DNA of 64,000 bases, from contig OX597814.1 in NCBI GenBank assembly GCA_951406725.2, positions 178,932,001-178,996,000 on the forward strand, written 5' to 3'. The position numbers were made by a program, and so were the translations under genes. The DNA comes from Octopus vulgaris (Eukaryota). Shown here in pieces: positions 25,425-39,964 of the stretch (the stretch's first letter is position 1; the number at the start of each line of letters is the position of its first letter). Under the pieces are notes generated by a model that searched no databases, was not told the origin of the DNA, and saw only the letters and a list, made by a program, of their open reading frames with translations.

Positions 25425-25806
25425 TTTTTTTTACTTGGTTCAGTCATTTAACTGCGGCCATGCTGGAGCACCCCCTTTAGTCGAGCAAATCGACACCAGA
25501 GCTTATTTTTTGTAAGTCTCGTACTTATTCTATCGGTCTCTTTTGCAGAACCGCTAAGTTACGGGAACATAAACACACCAGCATTGGAGGGACAAACATA
25601 AACACACAAAAATACACAGACACACACACGTATATATATATACGACGGGTTTTTCCAGTTTTCGTCTACCAAATCCACTCACAAGGCTATGGTCGCCACG
25701 AGGCTATAGTAGAAGACACTTGCGCAAGGTGCTACGCAGTGGAACTGAACCCATGACAATGTGTTTGGTAAGCAAGCTACTTACCACACAGTTACTCCTG
25801 CGCCTA
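25425..25806 (-). mobile_element. SINE family A
   Basis: Collinear with 15595-16008. Confidence 0.9.
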
Positions 25807-26302
25807 TGTTTTCTGATATTTAAGTAATGAAAATCTTTTGAAGTGCGCGTATAGCAGACACATCTTTCGTACTGCACCAATCATTATCCATATGAAATAA
25901 GAAAACTTGATGAAGTGAATGTGAAAATAAGTATATTTCTTTTGAAACTGTTATTCGCCATAGAATATTAAATTTCATTCATGAAAATCAAAACATAAAT
26001 ATTGGGTGATGAGACAAAAATGGAAATATTATTCTCATATTCATACTATATAGATATGGAAGTTTTAGAGAAAACCTGAACATTACAACCTCTGTGGATG
26101 CGGTGCCAAAGGCATAATATTAAAGTCGCGATGACATGCGGCTTCTGTAATAGATCTCTACTCATCATCACAGCAACTTTTCATGGCAATTTAATGCCAA
26201 CGCCAGAATTTTTTATCTCTCTGATTGTAACAAAAGAAACATCAATAGAAGACACACACGCACACGCACTTACATACTCACATATATATACATTTAAACA
26301 AA

Positions 26303-26535
26303 TGGCGGCCAGCTGGCAGAAACGTTACCACGCCGGGCGAAATGCGTAGCCGTATTTCGTCTGCCGTTACGTTCTGGGTTCAAATTCCGCCGTGGTCGAC
26401 TTTGCCTTTCATCCTTTTGGGATCGATAAATTAAGTACCAGTTACGCACTGGGGTCGATGTAATCGACTTAATCCGTTTGTCTGTCCTCGTTTGTCCCCT
26501 CTGCGTTTAGCCCCTTGTGGGTAGTAAAGAAATAT
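26303..26535 (+). mobile_element. SINE family C, full length
   Basis: B box GGGTTCAAATTCC, Nin-like core; flanking direct repeat atatatacatttaa (probable TSD). Confidence 0.9.
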
Positions 26536-26954
26536 ATATATACATTTAATACACAAACACACGCACATATAATCGACGGCACATAGTCAGTGTGTGTTCT
26601 TGCTTGTTCGCCAGTACGCTAACGTATAACGCTTTGGGAACGATTCACTTATAGCCTTGGATGCTAAAGCACCTAAATCGAGCCTGGGACGAACTGAATC
26701 ATCCGTCTGTGACTATACATAATTCAGATAAGGTCCAAAAAATGACGAAATATCGATATCCATCTCTCCTGAAAGGAATTGCAGGCGAGTTGCCTCGCCT
26801 CTGTATGACTTTCAGACTTTTAACATACAGTGCTATGAGGATGTCATTCCCAAAGCGCTATCAAGACGATGTCATACTATAAACTTGTTTGCGGAAGGCA
26901 ACAGAAGTTACCGAGGCTTGACTAAGAAATGTTGCTGCTCCAACCGTTTTCACC

Positions 26955-27473
26955 CTATTTTGCGGCACTTGACAGCGCAAAAAATTGGTACGACCACAAA
27001 CCTGATGGCATCGTCGTGAATAGGAAAGCAAAGATCCTATGGGATTTTATGATTAGGTCCGACCATGAGATAGAGAATAAGAAGCTGGATATAGTCTTAA
27101 TTGAGAAATAAAACAAACTATACTGGATCATAGATATAGCATTCCCAGCTGACAAAAAGGAATGCAATAAGGAAGAAAGGAAAGTTGAGCGATATGATAG
27201 GTTAGCTTGGGAAGTTAAGTAATTGTGGTCGATGAAAAATGTAGCAGTAGTACAAATAATTGTCGGATCCCTGGGTACAGTGAGCAAAATTCTTGAGCAG
27301 TACATGGAACACATAAGGGCTGCAATAAGGGTGGTGCTCTTGCAGAAAATAGCACTGCTTGGAACTGCTAGAACACCCCGGAAAGTTCTAGAAAATTATG
27401 AGGTGTTACTTTAGTTCACTGTTGTTGAACAGCAGACATTGTTCAACTACAGCGTTAGAAGCTGAGCAAAGGC
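26955..27473 (+). mobile_element. 5'-truncated R4/Dong-clade non-LTR retrotransposon (restriction-like endonuclease domain)
   Basis: WYDHKP..KILWDFMIRSDHEIENKKLDIV..IIDIAFP..KVERYDRL..IIVGSLGTV..LQKIALLGTAR..RKVL. Confidence 0.9.

Positions 27474-27567
<94 letters not shown>
27474..27567. repeat. (TAA)n at the 3' junction of the R4/Dong element
   Basis: Direct inspection. Confidence 0.98.
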
Positions 27568-27869
27568 GATATAATAAACTAGACAATTGTAAAAATATAA
27601 TTAAACATTGGCTGAGAATCATATTATACATGAAAATAAGAATAATGATAATAATACAGGTGATAAGAAACGGAAAAATAATAATTGGATAAATAATAAT
27701 TATTGTAAACTTCTACTAAAAAAAGAATAACAAGAAGAAGCGAAGTAAAATAAAAATAAAAATGAGAAGAATATGAAAAACAAAATAGTTAGGAAGAAAT
27801 TTATACTATGCGTGAATAAAAACTATATTGGGTGGGGGAAATGAAAACGAGAATAAGGAAGATTTGGAA

Positions 27870-29490
27870 AAAGCTATATGAATCATAATTCCCTTCGCGA
27901 AACAATTAAAGACTAATTTTGTTCAATCTATTAGGCAGATTATAAATAAAAACTTTAAGAACATTAGATATGGGGAAAATATTTAATGGCAAATATATAA
28001 GAATTGGATTCTTTGTTTCCCAAAATCTCTTTACAATAATATCATCGATAAATAACAGAAAACTTGATCAATTCTGCGAAAATAGAAACAAAAATAGAAA
28101 CGAATAGAAAAAGGTAGAAGAAAATATGGATAACTGTAAGAACACCTACATAGACAAAACGAAATATGAATCTACAACTGATAATAGTACTACAGATTCC
28201 ATTCAAAATAAATACTGTAATTGTAGAGGTTCTGAAAGATGCAAGTTAGACAGGGATTGCAAAAGAAAAAGCGTCGTATACCAGGTGATTCTAACTACCC
28301 AATATAGGAGAAACGGAGAACTGGGTTAAATTTAGAATAGTGAATCATGAATCGACATTTAGGGAGAAAATAAAATGGCTAGTGCAGAATTATCAAGAAA
28401 AATATGGCAACTGGAAGGAAATAAATTTAACTACATAATTAAATGGTAGATTTTAGCACACGCTCCAAATTACAAAATTAATAATAAATTCTGTAAATTA
28501 TGCGTGGAAGAAAACTATAAAATAATGAAAACAAAAAGAAACCTTATTAACATGAGAAATAAAAACCTACCCTCATGTAAACACATAACCAAATATCTAT
28601 TTATGAAACTTAAGTGAAGTATAAATGGGATTTGATGTCAGTTAAAAATGAAAATCCAATTTTAAAACTATATATATACATGAATATATTAAATTAATAG
28701 CTGAAATTAGGTATTTAAATAGGAAAATATTAAGTAACAAGAACACTATAGAGACTAAGTTGTCAAGAAAATATAATAGAAATTATACTCAACTAAAATT
28801 GAATATCACTATACGAATATATCTGATACCAGAGAGTATATCTATATGTGTATGTATGTACATGTGAATATAAAAAATGTATACAGGTATATAAACCTAT
28901 TTCCAGGGAAGTGTATCTTTATCTATTTGATGCGACTCTACTCTATACTGTTCCTCTCTTATCTTTTCTCTAATTCTCTTTTTCCAACCATACACAGTTT
29001 TCTATCTGTATTCCTCTCCTTATTCCTCTCTTTCTCTCTCTCTCGTTGCACACACGTGACTGTCGTCCAACTTTCTCTGCCTCACGTGATCATCTTTCTT
29101 TTCTTTCAGGACTGCATTAAGAACATCACGTATCCTATCTCTTCTACCTTTTCTCTTGCCAAAGAAAAAATATTTCTCCAGCGATCGCTATTTTACCCTC
29201 GTTCGGTTTCATTGTATGTCTCCACTGTCCTGGTTTTGCTCCCAACTTTGACTCTTCAATAAATCCCAAATTTTGATTTGGTACTTATGGGAGTAACTGT
29301 CTTTGAAGACTCATATTGTCGTTCAATGCTCGAAATGAGTTGTAGATAGACTGCCGACAACTGAAGAAGTATCGTTCTTTATGTTACTTGTCCTGTTTTC
29401 CATATTCTCGTTTGCAAATTGAACTCATTTCCTTTCGTATTTCATGTTGTTTACTGTTGATGACGTCCTGTACCCGTATATGCATGTGAG
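27870..29490 (+). mobile_element. Decayed Naiad-like PLE: linker, GIY-YIG domain and long 3' UTR ending in (TA)n
   Basis: PFAKQLKTNF, CNCRGSERCKLDRDCKRKSVVYQV, ELSRKIWQL, FCKLCVEE, LINMR..SCKH. Confidence 0.85.
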
Positions 29491-30169
29491 TATATATATA
29501 TATAACTAACGTAGGATAAAATTCTTTCGAAAAAAAATTTATCAATGGCCAGCATATCAAAAAATACCTTTAAAGGTTAAATTTATACATAACTTACAAA
29601 ATAAGGGCAAAAGAAAAATTCTAATGCCAAATATATATATAAATTATATATATATATGTATAATTTATATTATTATTTAATTGAACGCCACGCATCCATT
29701 TCGAAGTAAGATTATATTTTAAATATCTATATCGTTCGAGTATATTATAAGTATATGAGCATTAATATTTCTGTGACAAAATATATATGCTACTATACAG
29801 AGATAAAATTAATGAATGAAGAAATAACCTGTTATAGGATCACAATGATTAATATTGTAATAAATAATTGAAGGAATCCCCTCTACTATATCAGGATTTC
29901 TGGGCCATGTGGTATGCAAATGTTCATTATGTTGATGATATACATTTATTTTTTATTTTGTATTGGTTAATATAATTATGAATTGTATATATGTCTATGC
30001 GCATTTGATATGTATAGGTGAGCAGTGTGGTGAAATTATATGGCAGTATATGCTAGTATGTTTATATATTAAGAAGTTATTACTGGTTAATAAGCACATA
30101 CGCACATGGATCTATATGTATGTGAATATATGTCTATGTATCAAAAATATATATACGTGTACGTATATA

Positions 30170-30226
<57 letters not shown>

Positions 30227-30296
30227 AGAGAGAGAGAAAGATACATAGATAGATAGATATAGATATAGATATATACATAGACATGGGTATATAATG

Positions 30297-30604
30297 CTGT
30301 TTGTTCCTTCTTGAGCCATGCCTGGATCATAAGTGCCGGTTTCCCGGTTTCGTTGGCGTATAGGTTCCCCACCTGGACGGGACACCGGTCCGTCGCAGGT
30401 GAGCTGCAAGATGCAGAAGGAAAGATTGAGAGAAAGTTGTGGCGAAAGACTCAACAGAAGTTCGCCATTACCTTCTGCCGGAGCCGCGTGCAGCTTAGGT
30501 GTTTTCACTCATAAACGCACACATCACCCAATCTGAGATTCGAACTCGCGATCCCTCGACCGTGAGTTCGCTGCTCTAACCACAAACCATGTGTCTCCAC
30601 GTAT
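30297..30604 (-). mobile_element. tRNA-derived SINE (family B-like head, distinct tail) with 10-bp TSD
   Basis: B box GAGTTCGAATC; TSD gtatataatg at 30287-30296 and 30605-30614. Confidence 0.85.
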
Positions 30605-30960
30605 GTATATAATGAGAAGGCTTGTAACTTTATTTAGATTTTATCTTAGATATTAAAGCGTCAATTATAATTATCTGGTAATCAGTTATTAACTTATTTT
30701 ACCAAAAACAATCCTGTATTGTTTCCTCTTCGTGTCGGAGATAAACAAATGATAACTGGAATTAACAATGGAATCAATTTGAATAGAGGTATGAAATGTT
30801 ATCTCCTCTTATATTGAAAATAATAAAGTAAGAGAAAGGATTAACATTGGTTTAAAGCATTTTTTTTACATAATACATATTGCTAATACTGGGGAATTAA
30901 TATAATAAATAAGAAATTGATGAAATGCATCATTTTATGGAAGTGTATATAGTAACAACA

Positions 30961-31210
30961 GTGGAGGCGCATTGTTTAGTGGTTAGAATGTTGAACTTAT
31001 GATCGTAAGGTTGTGGTTTTGATTCCTGGACCGGGAGATGCGTTGTGTTCTTGAGCAAAACACTTCATTTCACGTTGCTCTAGTCCACTCAGCTGGCAAA
31101 AATGAGTAATCCTGAGACGGACCGGCGTCCCGTCCAGGTTGGAAATTTCTACGCCACTGAAACCGGGAAACCGGCCCTTATGAATCTGGAATGGCTCGAG
31201 AAAGAACATT
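30961..31210 (+). mobile_element. tRNA-derived SINE family D, sharing its 3' tail with 30297-30604
   Basis: tRNA head, cttgagcaaaacacttcatttcacgttgctc core, tail gtcccgtccaggt..gaaaccgggaaaccggc. Confidence 0.8.
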
Positions 31211-31719
31211 TATTATATTTATATAGTAACGACAAGGTAAATAAGTATATTTGGTTTGTTTCAATTATGAAAGGAATATGCTTATCCGAAAAGTAGGCTT
31301 AGAATCATAGAATACAAAATAGATATTTTAATGGGTGATATATTTAAATAGATATGTCAAGTTATTAATTTAAAGATAATTAATGTAATTAAATAATAGT
31401 ATTATGAATTTGTTGAATTTACTACATGTAAGGAATAGGAAAAACTATCGATAGATCTTATATTGTTGTTTGTAACTAAAAATACGGTGTTAAAAATGTA
31501 TATGAGATATGGTTGATGGCAGTTACTAAAAGATTAAATAGGATATTGTTTTATAAAAAAATAGCTTTAACCCCTTATATGTTATATTTCGTCCTTTATT
31601 GCATTTGCGTTCCATCTTTTTATACTTATATATACATATAGCGGCGCACGTACACTTTTGCTCACTTTGTAGTAAGAATGCATCTAATTTTTTTAGTTTT
31701 TTTTACCATATCTTTTAGT

Positions 31720-32360
31720 CTTCCTCACACTTTCTTCTCTTTTTTTCGCCCACCTCACACATTTCTTGGTCCTCTCTTTCTTTAACTCCTACTTTCCTTC
31801 ACATTTACCTCCCCTGTACCTTTCCCTTTGTCTCTTTGATTTTTTTCTATTTCTTCACTCCGCTTCCCCTACCACTTTCTTCTCCTTCAACGTGGTTCGG
31901 TGTTCGGCCTGCCATGGTCTTTCTTACTTAGCCTGACTACCGACCGCCAACACCACTTATGTTCATCTACTATGTTCCTGCCTTAAGGCTTTTAATTTAT
32001 ACACGCCAGCTCAGCTTAATTAGTCCTCAGTCGAAAGACACCTGTTGTTTTATTCTTAGTGTTTGTATTTGTAATTGTGTAACATGTTCTCCGTTTTTTT
32101 GTTGTACACGTTCGCTTGCTTTCATACAAAAAAATCGAATGCTCTTAGCTTAGACTATTTAGGAGCAACCTGATCGAGATGTCTCAAGTGGAACTGCCCG
32201 GAAATGTAGGGACGTCTGTAAATTGACTGACGAAAGAGAGACACGAATTAACCGTCCTTTTTTCCTGTTCCTCTAATTGTTGTTTTTCCTGTCCGCCTTG
32301 TATCGTCTATGTGTCCGGATGTTTTATTGTGCTGCATAGTTTTTTTTTCCATTTGATATA
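31720..32360 (+). mobile_element. Probable PLE 3' UTR remnant (CT-rich, ends at TA/TG repeat)
   Basis: Composition and termination resemble the other PLE ends here; no ORF. Confidence 0.35.
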
Positions 32361-32372
32361 TGCGTGTGTGTG

Positions 32373-32418
<46 letters not shown>

Positions 32419-33360
32419 GGGTGGACGTTTATAGATAATGATGTATGTATCTTTCTCCACATTAAGTTTCTGAATTTTTGTAGAATGATATGTAAATATG
32501 ATTGTTTCCACAGTGTGTTTCGTAGTGTGAGTGTATATAATACCTAAACATACACAGATACACACGCACAAACACACATAACACTGACACACACGTGGGT
32601 GTACATATCTGTGTATGTCTGTGTGCCTGTGTTAGTACTATAGTTATACATTCTATGTCCATCACCGTAGGTGCTCTACACTATCTCTTATGAAATATAT
32701 TCTCATTAATTTGTACCTCTACAAATTAAATATTTTCGAAATTTAATGAATTCAGAATATAAAAGCGTTGTTGTCGTTTCATACACAACTTGACCTGAGA
32801 TCGTGTGTTAAAATTGCTTCCGTGAAAATGTTATAGTGACGAGTCCTCAATTATACGCCGAAAATGTTGTTACTCGATGAAATAAACTGAAATTTCAAGT
32901 GTATTTTTAACAGCTGTTTGTTTTATTAGAATGGTTCTTCTACGAATGAATATGTTTACATAGAGATGGGCACATATGTGGCCTATTAATGATTGTTTGT
33001 AAATATTAAGCCTGTTATATGTTGAATGAATACATGAATTTTTGTATCTGCATTCACCTATGTATGTGTATATGGCAACAAAAATCGCGCTTACAAAATA
33101 CATCCCGTGTTGCTTAGGATATAGATATTGATTCTATGCATATGATCCCTTAATCATTAGGAACCAGCAAACAATGAGATGTGCCTACATATGATGATGT
33201 GAAATATAAAACCATTAGATTTCTAATAAAGGCATTGATATTAGGACAATCGCAATATTAAAAACAGTAATATTTGCACTATATAAAGGTGCACACTTGC
33301 TAAATACAGATTATATGTTGTACAAAATCCTTTTATCTCCATTCATTATATGTGGTTCTT

Positions 33361-33390
33361 AATATATATATGTACATACATATGTACATA

Positions 33391-33423
<33 letters not shown>

Positions 33424-33494
33424 GCATATATATACATATATACATATATATGCATGTATATATATATATATGTATATATATTTGTATGAATCTA

Positions 33495-33540
<46 letters not shown>

Positions 33541-33703
33541 CATGTTTATATCGATATTATATATTGCATTTATAGAAATATAATTCCATATATTGGAAAC
33601 ATTCATGATATAATATACATTTAATATGTGTGTCTTGATGTCCAGTTCTAGGAGGTTTTGTAATACATACACACAAACGCACGCAAACACACACACACAC
33701 ATT

Positions 33704-33785
<82 letters not shown>
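33361..33785. repeat. (TA)n/(CA)n microsatellite cluster
   Basis: Direct inspection. Confidence 0.92.
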
Positions 33786-33786
<1 letters not shown>

Positions 33787-34046
33787 TACGTATCTTCATG
33801 GTTTTGTATGTGGAATTGCTTGAATGAGAACGTTACATTTATACGGATATGCCTGCTTACATACATAAAAGAATGCATATATATTTATAGTCATACGTAA
33901 ATATATTCATGTGTATACACACAGAAACATATAATTATGGCATATATATATATTGTACATATATATGTAGATGTATATAGACAGGCAGACAGAGAGGCAG
34001 GCAGACAGATAGAGAGACAACCATGCAGACAGACGGACACACAGAC

Positions 34047-34205
<159 letters not shown>

Positions 34206-36049
34206 TTCACAGATACTGAGAGAAAGGGGACGATAGGAAGGCAGAAAGATAGTTATCATTTCATAACAATTTCTACTAACATTAAACGTTTTAATCTATA
34301 CGCCTTTAATATTGGGACCACATATAAGCTTGCACATGATTCTACGATTCATTTCTATTCAATATTGCTTTGAGATATTGTTATAATTTTATCATCTTCA
34401 TTGCATTACTCATACTAGCGATTCCTGTATTTACTTTAAACTTTCGCTCTTGCGTTGCGCCTGCAAATAATTTTGTTATTACTTAGTTAATCTTTCATGC
34501 ACATAACTTCTTTCTTTTTTTTTTCTAATCTATTCTTCCTCTTCCCATTTCATTTTCTTTTTCTTTGAATACGTAAAATAGCAGAAAAATTATCTTCCTG
34601 AGGCAAATTATAGTAAACTACTTCATTTCCGGCGGACAAGAAACCATTATATCTGAAGTAGAGAAATGAAGGTCAACATGTATCACAGGCCTTCACCCTC
34701 TTCACTGATGCCTAAACCAATTTCTCATAATTTCCGGATTAGCCACAAGATTTTTAGAAAATATCTACTTGAATATTAATACCTAAAGATATAACAGTCA
34801 AACAAATATTTATTGAGATAATCCACAATACATGTCGTAAGAATATTCGACAAATCAATACCTCAACATTCTCGTCATTTTCTCACATTACTTTCCATGC
34901 GAGAATTATAAATGTAAAGTAGATTGTAAATTGATGATAGGATTTTCAACAAGCTTACGTATCTGAGCGAATTTATAAGGAATGGAGATATATTCATAGA
35001 TGTTGCAAGCTGTATGAGATAAAGTAAATTAAAATGTATTTTGGATTGCAAACAAAGTTATATTTGGTAACTTAAAGTGTGATAACGTTTAGTTCCAATA
35101 TTTTTTATAGGAATACTCTGGTCGAAATTATACCATTCATGTGATGGACATTGTCTATTTTCGAAAATTCTTTGATGATTGTGTATGTGCAATCATAAAT
35201 GAAAACATTTACCTTGTTGAAAGAGAAGCATATTTAATCCATTATAGTGCACACAATAAAACAAATATCGTAACTACAAGGGAAAAATATTCCCTTTCTA
35301 CCACAAATAGTAGATTTACATAGAGGAGCACAATTATTTTTATGTTAATAAGATCGATAATTAATTAACCTCAACTCACTTTCCGCAAATATTGATCACA
35401 TCTGTTAATAATAAAAACAGTGTCTTCCTTCCACAAAACTAATTATCCACTGCGATGATTCCTATTCATAAAACAATATTTTTTTCTATTTCAAAATTAC
35501 ACCAATGCAGTAAAATGAATATGTAAAAACGTCAGTTATTCATGGTGGCTTGCTACCTCTTATTTTGCTTTGTTATAAATTTTATATAAAATGAAACGAA
35601 AAGACCGAAGACATTAATGCAGAAATTATTTCATATCAATATTCAGCAGATGATATTATTCGTAGAAATTGACGTGCTTTATATATTAAAACTTTAATTT
35701 TATTGTGTTTATAACCCCGGTGTTTTATACGAAGTTCCATCATATATATAGGAATATTCAGTAACTCAATAAATAAATCAAAATTTACACTGGTTACACT
35801 TTGCAAATATCTATCAACAACATTATCTCTCCTTATAGTCTACCTCCCCATATATCAATATCTGTATACGCAATGTATGACTGTATGATGTGTGTATGTA
35901 CATATAGCGAGGTGCAATGAGAGATGGAGAAAGAGAGAGACAGAGACAGAGACAGAGAAAGAAGCACTCGCATATTTACATCTAAAATATGCAATATAGA
36001 AATGAATTATTTTATTTCCACCGAGCGCCGCCTTGTGCAGATCGATTCT

Positions 36050-36345
36050 AAGATGTCCTGAAACCATCCAGATACATATGATTAAATTTAGTAAATGGAA
36101 ACTGTGCGGAATACCAGCTTAAATATGTCTATATGTACCTCAGTGTCTTTTTGTATGTTTGCCTCTCAGCGCTTCGCAAGTGTTGATGCTTATGTCACGT
36201 CTGTAAACTAAACGCTAGGTAATGTGAATCGATAAAATAACAAGCAGAAAAAAACTCAGGTATTATGGCCAAAGTGTTCGAATTGAACCTTTAAGTCTCG
36301 AACTCAATATGCGTACAAAGCAGATCAATGAATAAAGAGAGCAAA
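36050..36345 (+). mobile_element. Old, degenerate SINE family A 3' half
   Basis: atttagtaaatggaaactgtgcggaa and later blocks resemble the family A body. Confidence 0.45.
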
Positions 36346-36406
36346 AAAGTGGAGATGAATATACGTGTGCACTCGTGTGTTTAAGTATGTACACACACAA
36401 ACATAT

Positions 36407-36467
<61 letters not shown>

Positions 36468-36754
36468 GAGAGGGAGAGAGAGAGAGATATATTGGTATGT
36501 TCATGTAACCTATATATAGCGCCTATATAAACCGGGCTGATTTAGCTGTTTCTTCGTAGATTTCAGAAAATATCTTCAGAGATGTAGGGTTAATTTGCAT
36601 ACCCTAAGTGTGAACTCTTTATTCTTTAAATATCAGGGCCGGTGAACGGGTATCTCAGTCTACACTCTACCAAATTATGTTATAATTTATTTAACATATA
36701 TATATATATATATACCTATATAAACAGGGGCGCTTTAGCTGTTTCTCCGAAGAC

Positions 36755-36803
<49 letters not shown>

Positions 36804-36850
36804 GCAAACATACATACATACATACATACATACATACATACATACATACA

Positions 36851-36882
<32 letters not shown>

Positions 36883-37352
36883 GATTGAGGAACGCAGTTG
36901 AACTTCAGGTTCCATGTTTCCTAGCCAGTAGATACTCTGATATAAAAATGTTTACCCAAGTAGGGGCACTCAGGTAGCTACTCATACTCGAATATATAAT
37001 TTGAAATTACATTTTCGGCGAGTTACCTCGGGATTCCTTAACGACAAAGTAACCTTCATATATTTAAGGTATTTTCGGCCTGATGATTATGAGCTAGACG
37101 ATTCCCCTCGTTGAGTAATTATTATCCCAGAGGCTTGCTAGGAAACTTACATAGCCTGAAATTTTCCTACTTCACTCTCGCAGTTTGGATTTTTATTAAC
37201 ATTCATAGCTGTTCAAGTAGCTAACATTAAGCTATAAATCTTTTCTCCTTGTTATCAGTTTATGGAACTGCGATATGGGAAAAGCTTACTTCCCTCGGGG
37301 CTGCTTGAAGCTTACAGATTTCTGCACTTAAATCCTCGGATCTTATATTTAC
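36883..37352 (+). mobile_element. Old PLE-derived unit with partial inverted termini and a degenerate hammerhead
   Basis: ttcagg..gtttcctagc (36902-36924) inverted to gctaggaaac..cctgaa (37137-37160); ggc-CTGATGA..GAAA..ATA-gcc at 37077-37156. Confidence 0.45.
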
Positions 37353-38249
37353 ACATATATATGTAAACATATACATACATACATACATATATATATTCTT
37401 TGTAACTGGTTGAAACATATATATATATATATACAAAGTAGTAAATATATGGCACAACGAAGTACCGATATTTACTGGAAATAGCGAACGTAATAATACG
37501 ACGCTAATGTATAGCTTCACCGCGTATGTATTAGCAAAAATGCGTGTGTGCAACAAACTAGAAAAAATTGTCTTACCTCCAGGGAGAACACCTGAAAGAT
37601 GAAATACCTGGAAAAGGATAATGTGGGACCTGCAGGTTTCAGATTTTTCAAGATATGTCTGCACCCATACAAAGAATTCGAAGACGGATACATCTTCAAA
37701 TTAATTTTTAATGTCACAGTTAATCATACAGCATAAAATGACCGACGTGTGTTTCTACTGCAAAGCATACAGCTGTGCATGCAACCTAGCATAATCTGCA
37801 GTGCCCCTTCATTCAGGTTATTTCCACAAGCATGGTTCGGAGTGATCTCAGTTTATTTACTCGTGACAACGTTATTTCCTTATTCTACACTGTTTAAGAT
37901 ACAAATAAAAGCGATGTAAGACATGCTGAAATTTGACAAGACTATAAATCTATTTCTAAGCTAACCTCAAGTTGACAACAATTCAGGACGAAATTGAGAG
38001 TTTTATACAAATTAAATTAGGCCAAAGTATATATCATTGTTCCAATAGAATTCCTCTTAGTGCTTAACTGGTATACATGCTAGCGAGCCCATAGTTGGGA
38101 CCCTAACATATGCTACTACTCGGGGTCAATGAATCCCCCAGGAGCAATAATAGCAAAGAGGTGGTCCCACACTCCTCAAAACGCTAGGATTGCCATATCA
38201 GGACCCCCATTAGCAGTTTATTGCTATATCTAAACCATACATACACGCA

Positions 38250-38298
38250 AACATATGTATGTATGTATGTTTTTATGTATGTATGTATGTATGCATGC

Positions 38299-38331
<33 letters not shown>

Positions 38332-38432
38332 TGTATGTATGTATGTATGTATGTATGTATGTATGTATGTATGTACGTACGTATGTATGTATGTATGTAT
38401 GTAAGTATGTATGTATGTATGTATGTATGTAC
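38250..38432. repeat. (TATG)n microsatellite
   Basis: Direct inspection. Confidence 0.95.
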
Positions 38433-38824
38433 ACATGCATACACTCATGAGCTTTCCCAAATGGATACCATTCGCATTATATATGAAGATATATTCGAAA
38501 GGAGTGGAACATTTATATAATTATGCGAGAATGTATTTTCGTTTATTTATTTATTCATTCATTTTGTCATCGAGGAAAACTATCACCTAATTGATAAATA
38601 TTGAAATGTGCATAGATAATTTAAATGGATGAAAAACATTGTTTGAATTCATTGATAACAAAATTCCTTTCTTGACTGTATGCCCATTGTTCATAAATAA
38701 ATGAAACTAAAAGCAAGAGGATGAGTTTGAAAAATAAAATAATCGAAAAATAAATCATGAAAGACAATGAAAAAATGTAATATTGGCATTCTAATGTCTA
38801 CTTTTCTGTCCATATTATTTGAAC

Positions 38825-38980
38825 CTGTCGCCTGTCGATTAGTAAGTTTAATGTATGGAAAAATGTTCTGCAACTAGCCATTAAATATGTATAGCATGTA
38901 ACAACTGGAAACCCGACCATGTGTTGTTTGTAGTTGAAATGTAGATACAAATTGGCGATCCGCCAGATTCGCAGATAAAA
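38825..38980 (-). pseudogene. RPTP membrane-proximal-like exon remnant, copy A
   Basis: CYMLYIFNG*LQNIFPYIKLTNRQAT; homologous to 39965-40085 with synonymous-type differences. Confidence 0.4.
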
Positions 38981-39964
38981 CAAGACAAAACTTGATTAAC
39001 TCGCTCATCCACACCCACAAGAAAAACTGCTTCTAATCAGAGCAAAATAAAAATAATGACAAAAATACTAACAATTCGGTGGAATAACGAAGCCGTTAAT
39101 TCGTCACTTTCAGTGTTTTCTCTAGAATCTATATTTTTAAGTACCCTCCACCGAATGCTTTAGAGAGTAAAATTTATATTTCATCCTTGCTTTGGTCGAT
39201 AAAATACTGCAGTTTGGCAAAATTTGCAGCCTTTTCCCAATTTAAAAATACTTAATTCATGCCTCAATAATATTTTCTAACATACGTTTCACGAAACAGA
39301 GTATATAATGAGATTAATTTAATAATGGTGTTTTATTTAAACTACGGATGACTGGTAAATATTTAATCTAAGTTGAAGTTTGAAATTTGAAGTCAATGTA
39401 ATTGGAATATTGCTTCAGGAGATAAATGTGAGAAATATTGACTTAAACATTGTAGATTATTCAAACCCCGATATTGCTACCCTGCACCATCTATAATGAG
39501 AGCGTACAAACATGAGAGCCTTAATTGTCGCTCGATCAGCTAGATGTATCAATGGATCCTCATTATTTTTACATCCTAGCGTCATAAAATTGAAACATCG
39601 TATAATTGGGAGCGGATTTCCCTACGAATACGAAAAATTACAGTCATAGCTGAATTCATTTTTATCATATACCGGCTGGCATGAGAGTAAACAGTAGCAA
39701 CACCAACAACAACAACGACGATGAGAAAGATAGTGAAAGGTAATCTGAGTAGTCGGTCGAATTCACGAATGTATATAGCATATATTAATTAAATCCTATT
39801 CTACAATAAACAATAAACACTACATAGAGTAATTTCGTTGTAAACATAACTTTAAAACAGCTAACTTCTCAGTTATATATATATATAAAATGAAAGCAAA
39901 ACGATACAATGAAAGAAATGACCATTCGGTAGTGAGCATTTCTGAACGCTTCTTTTGTTAAATA

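Noticed and set aside
37578-37592. 15-nt minus-strand micro-exon with good splice sites
   Set aside because: Too short to tell from chance without RNA data.
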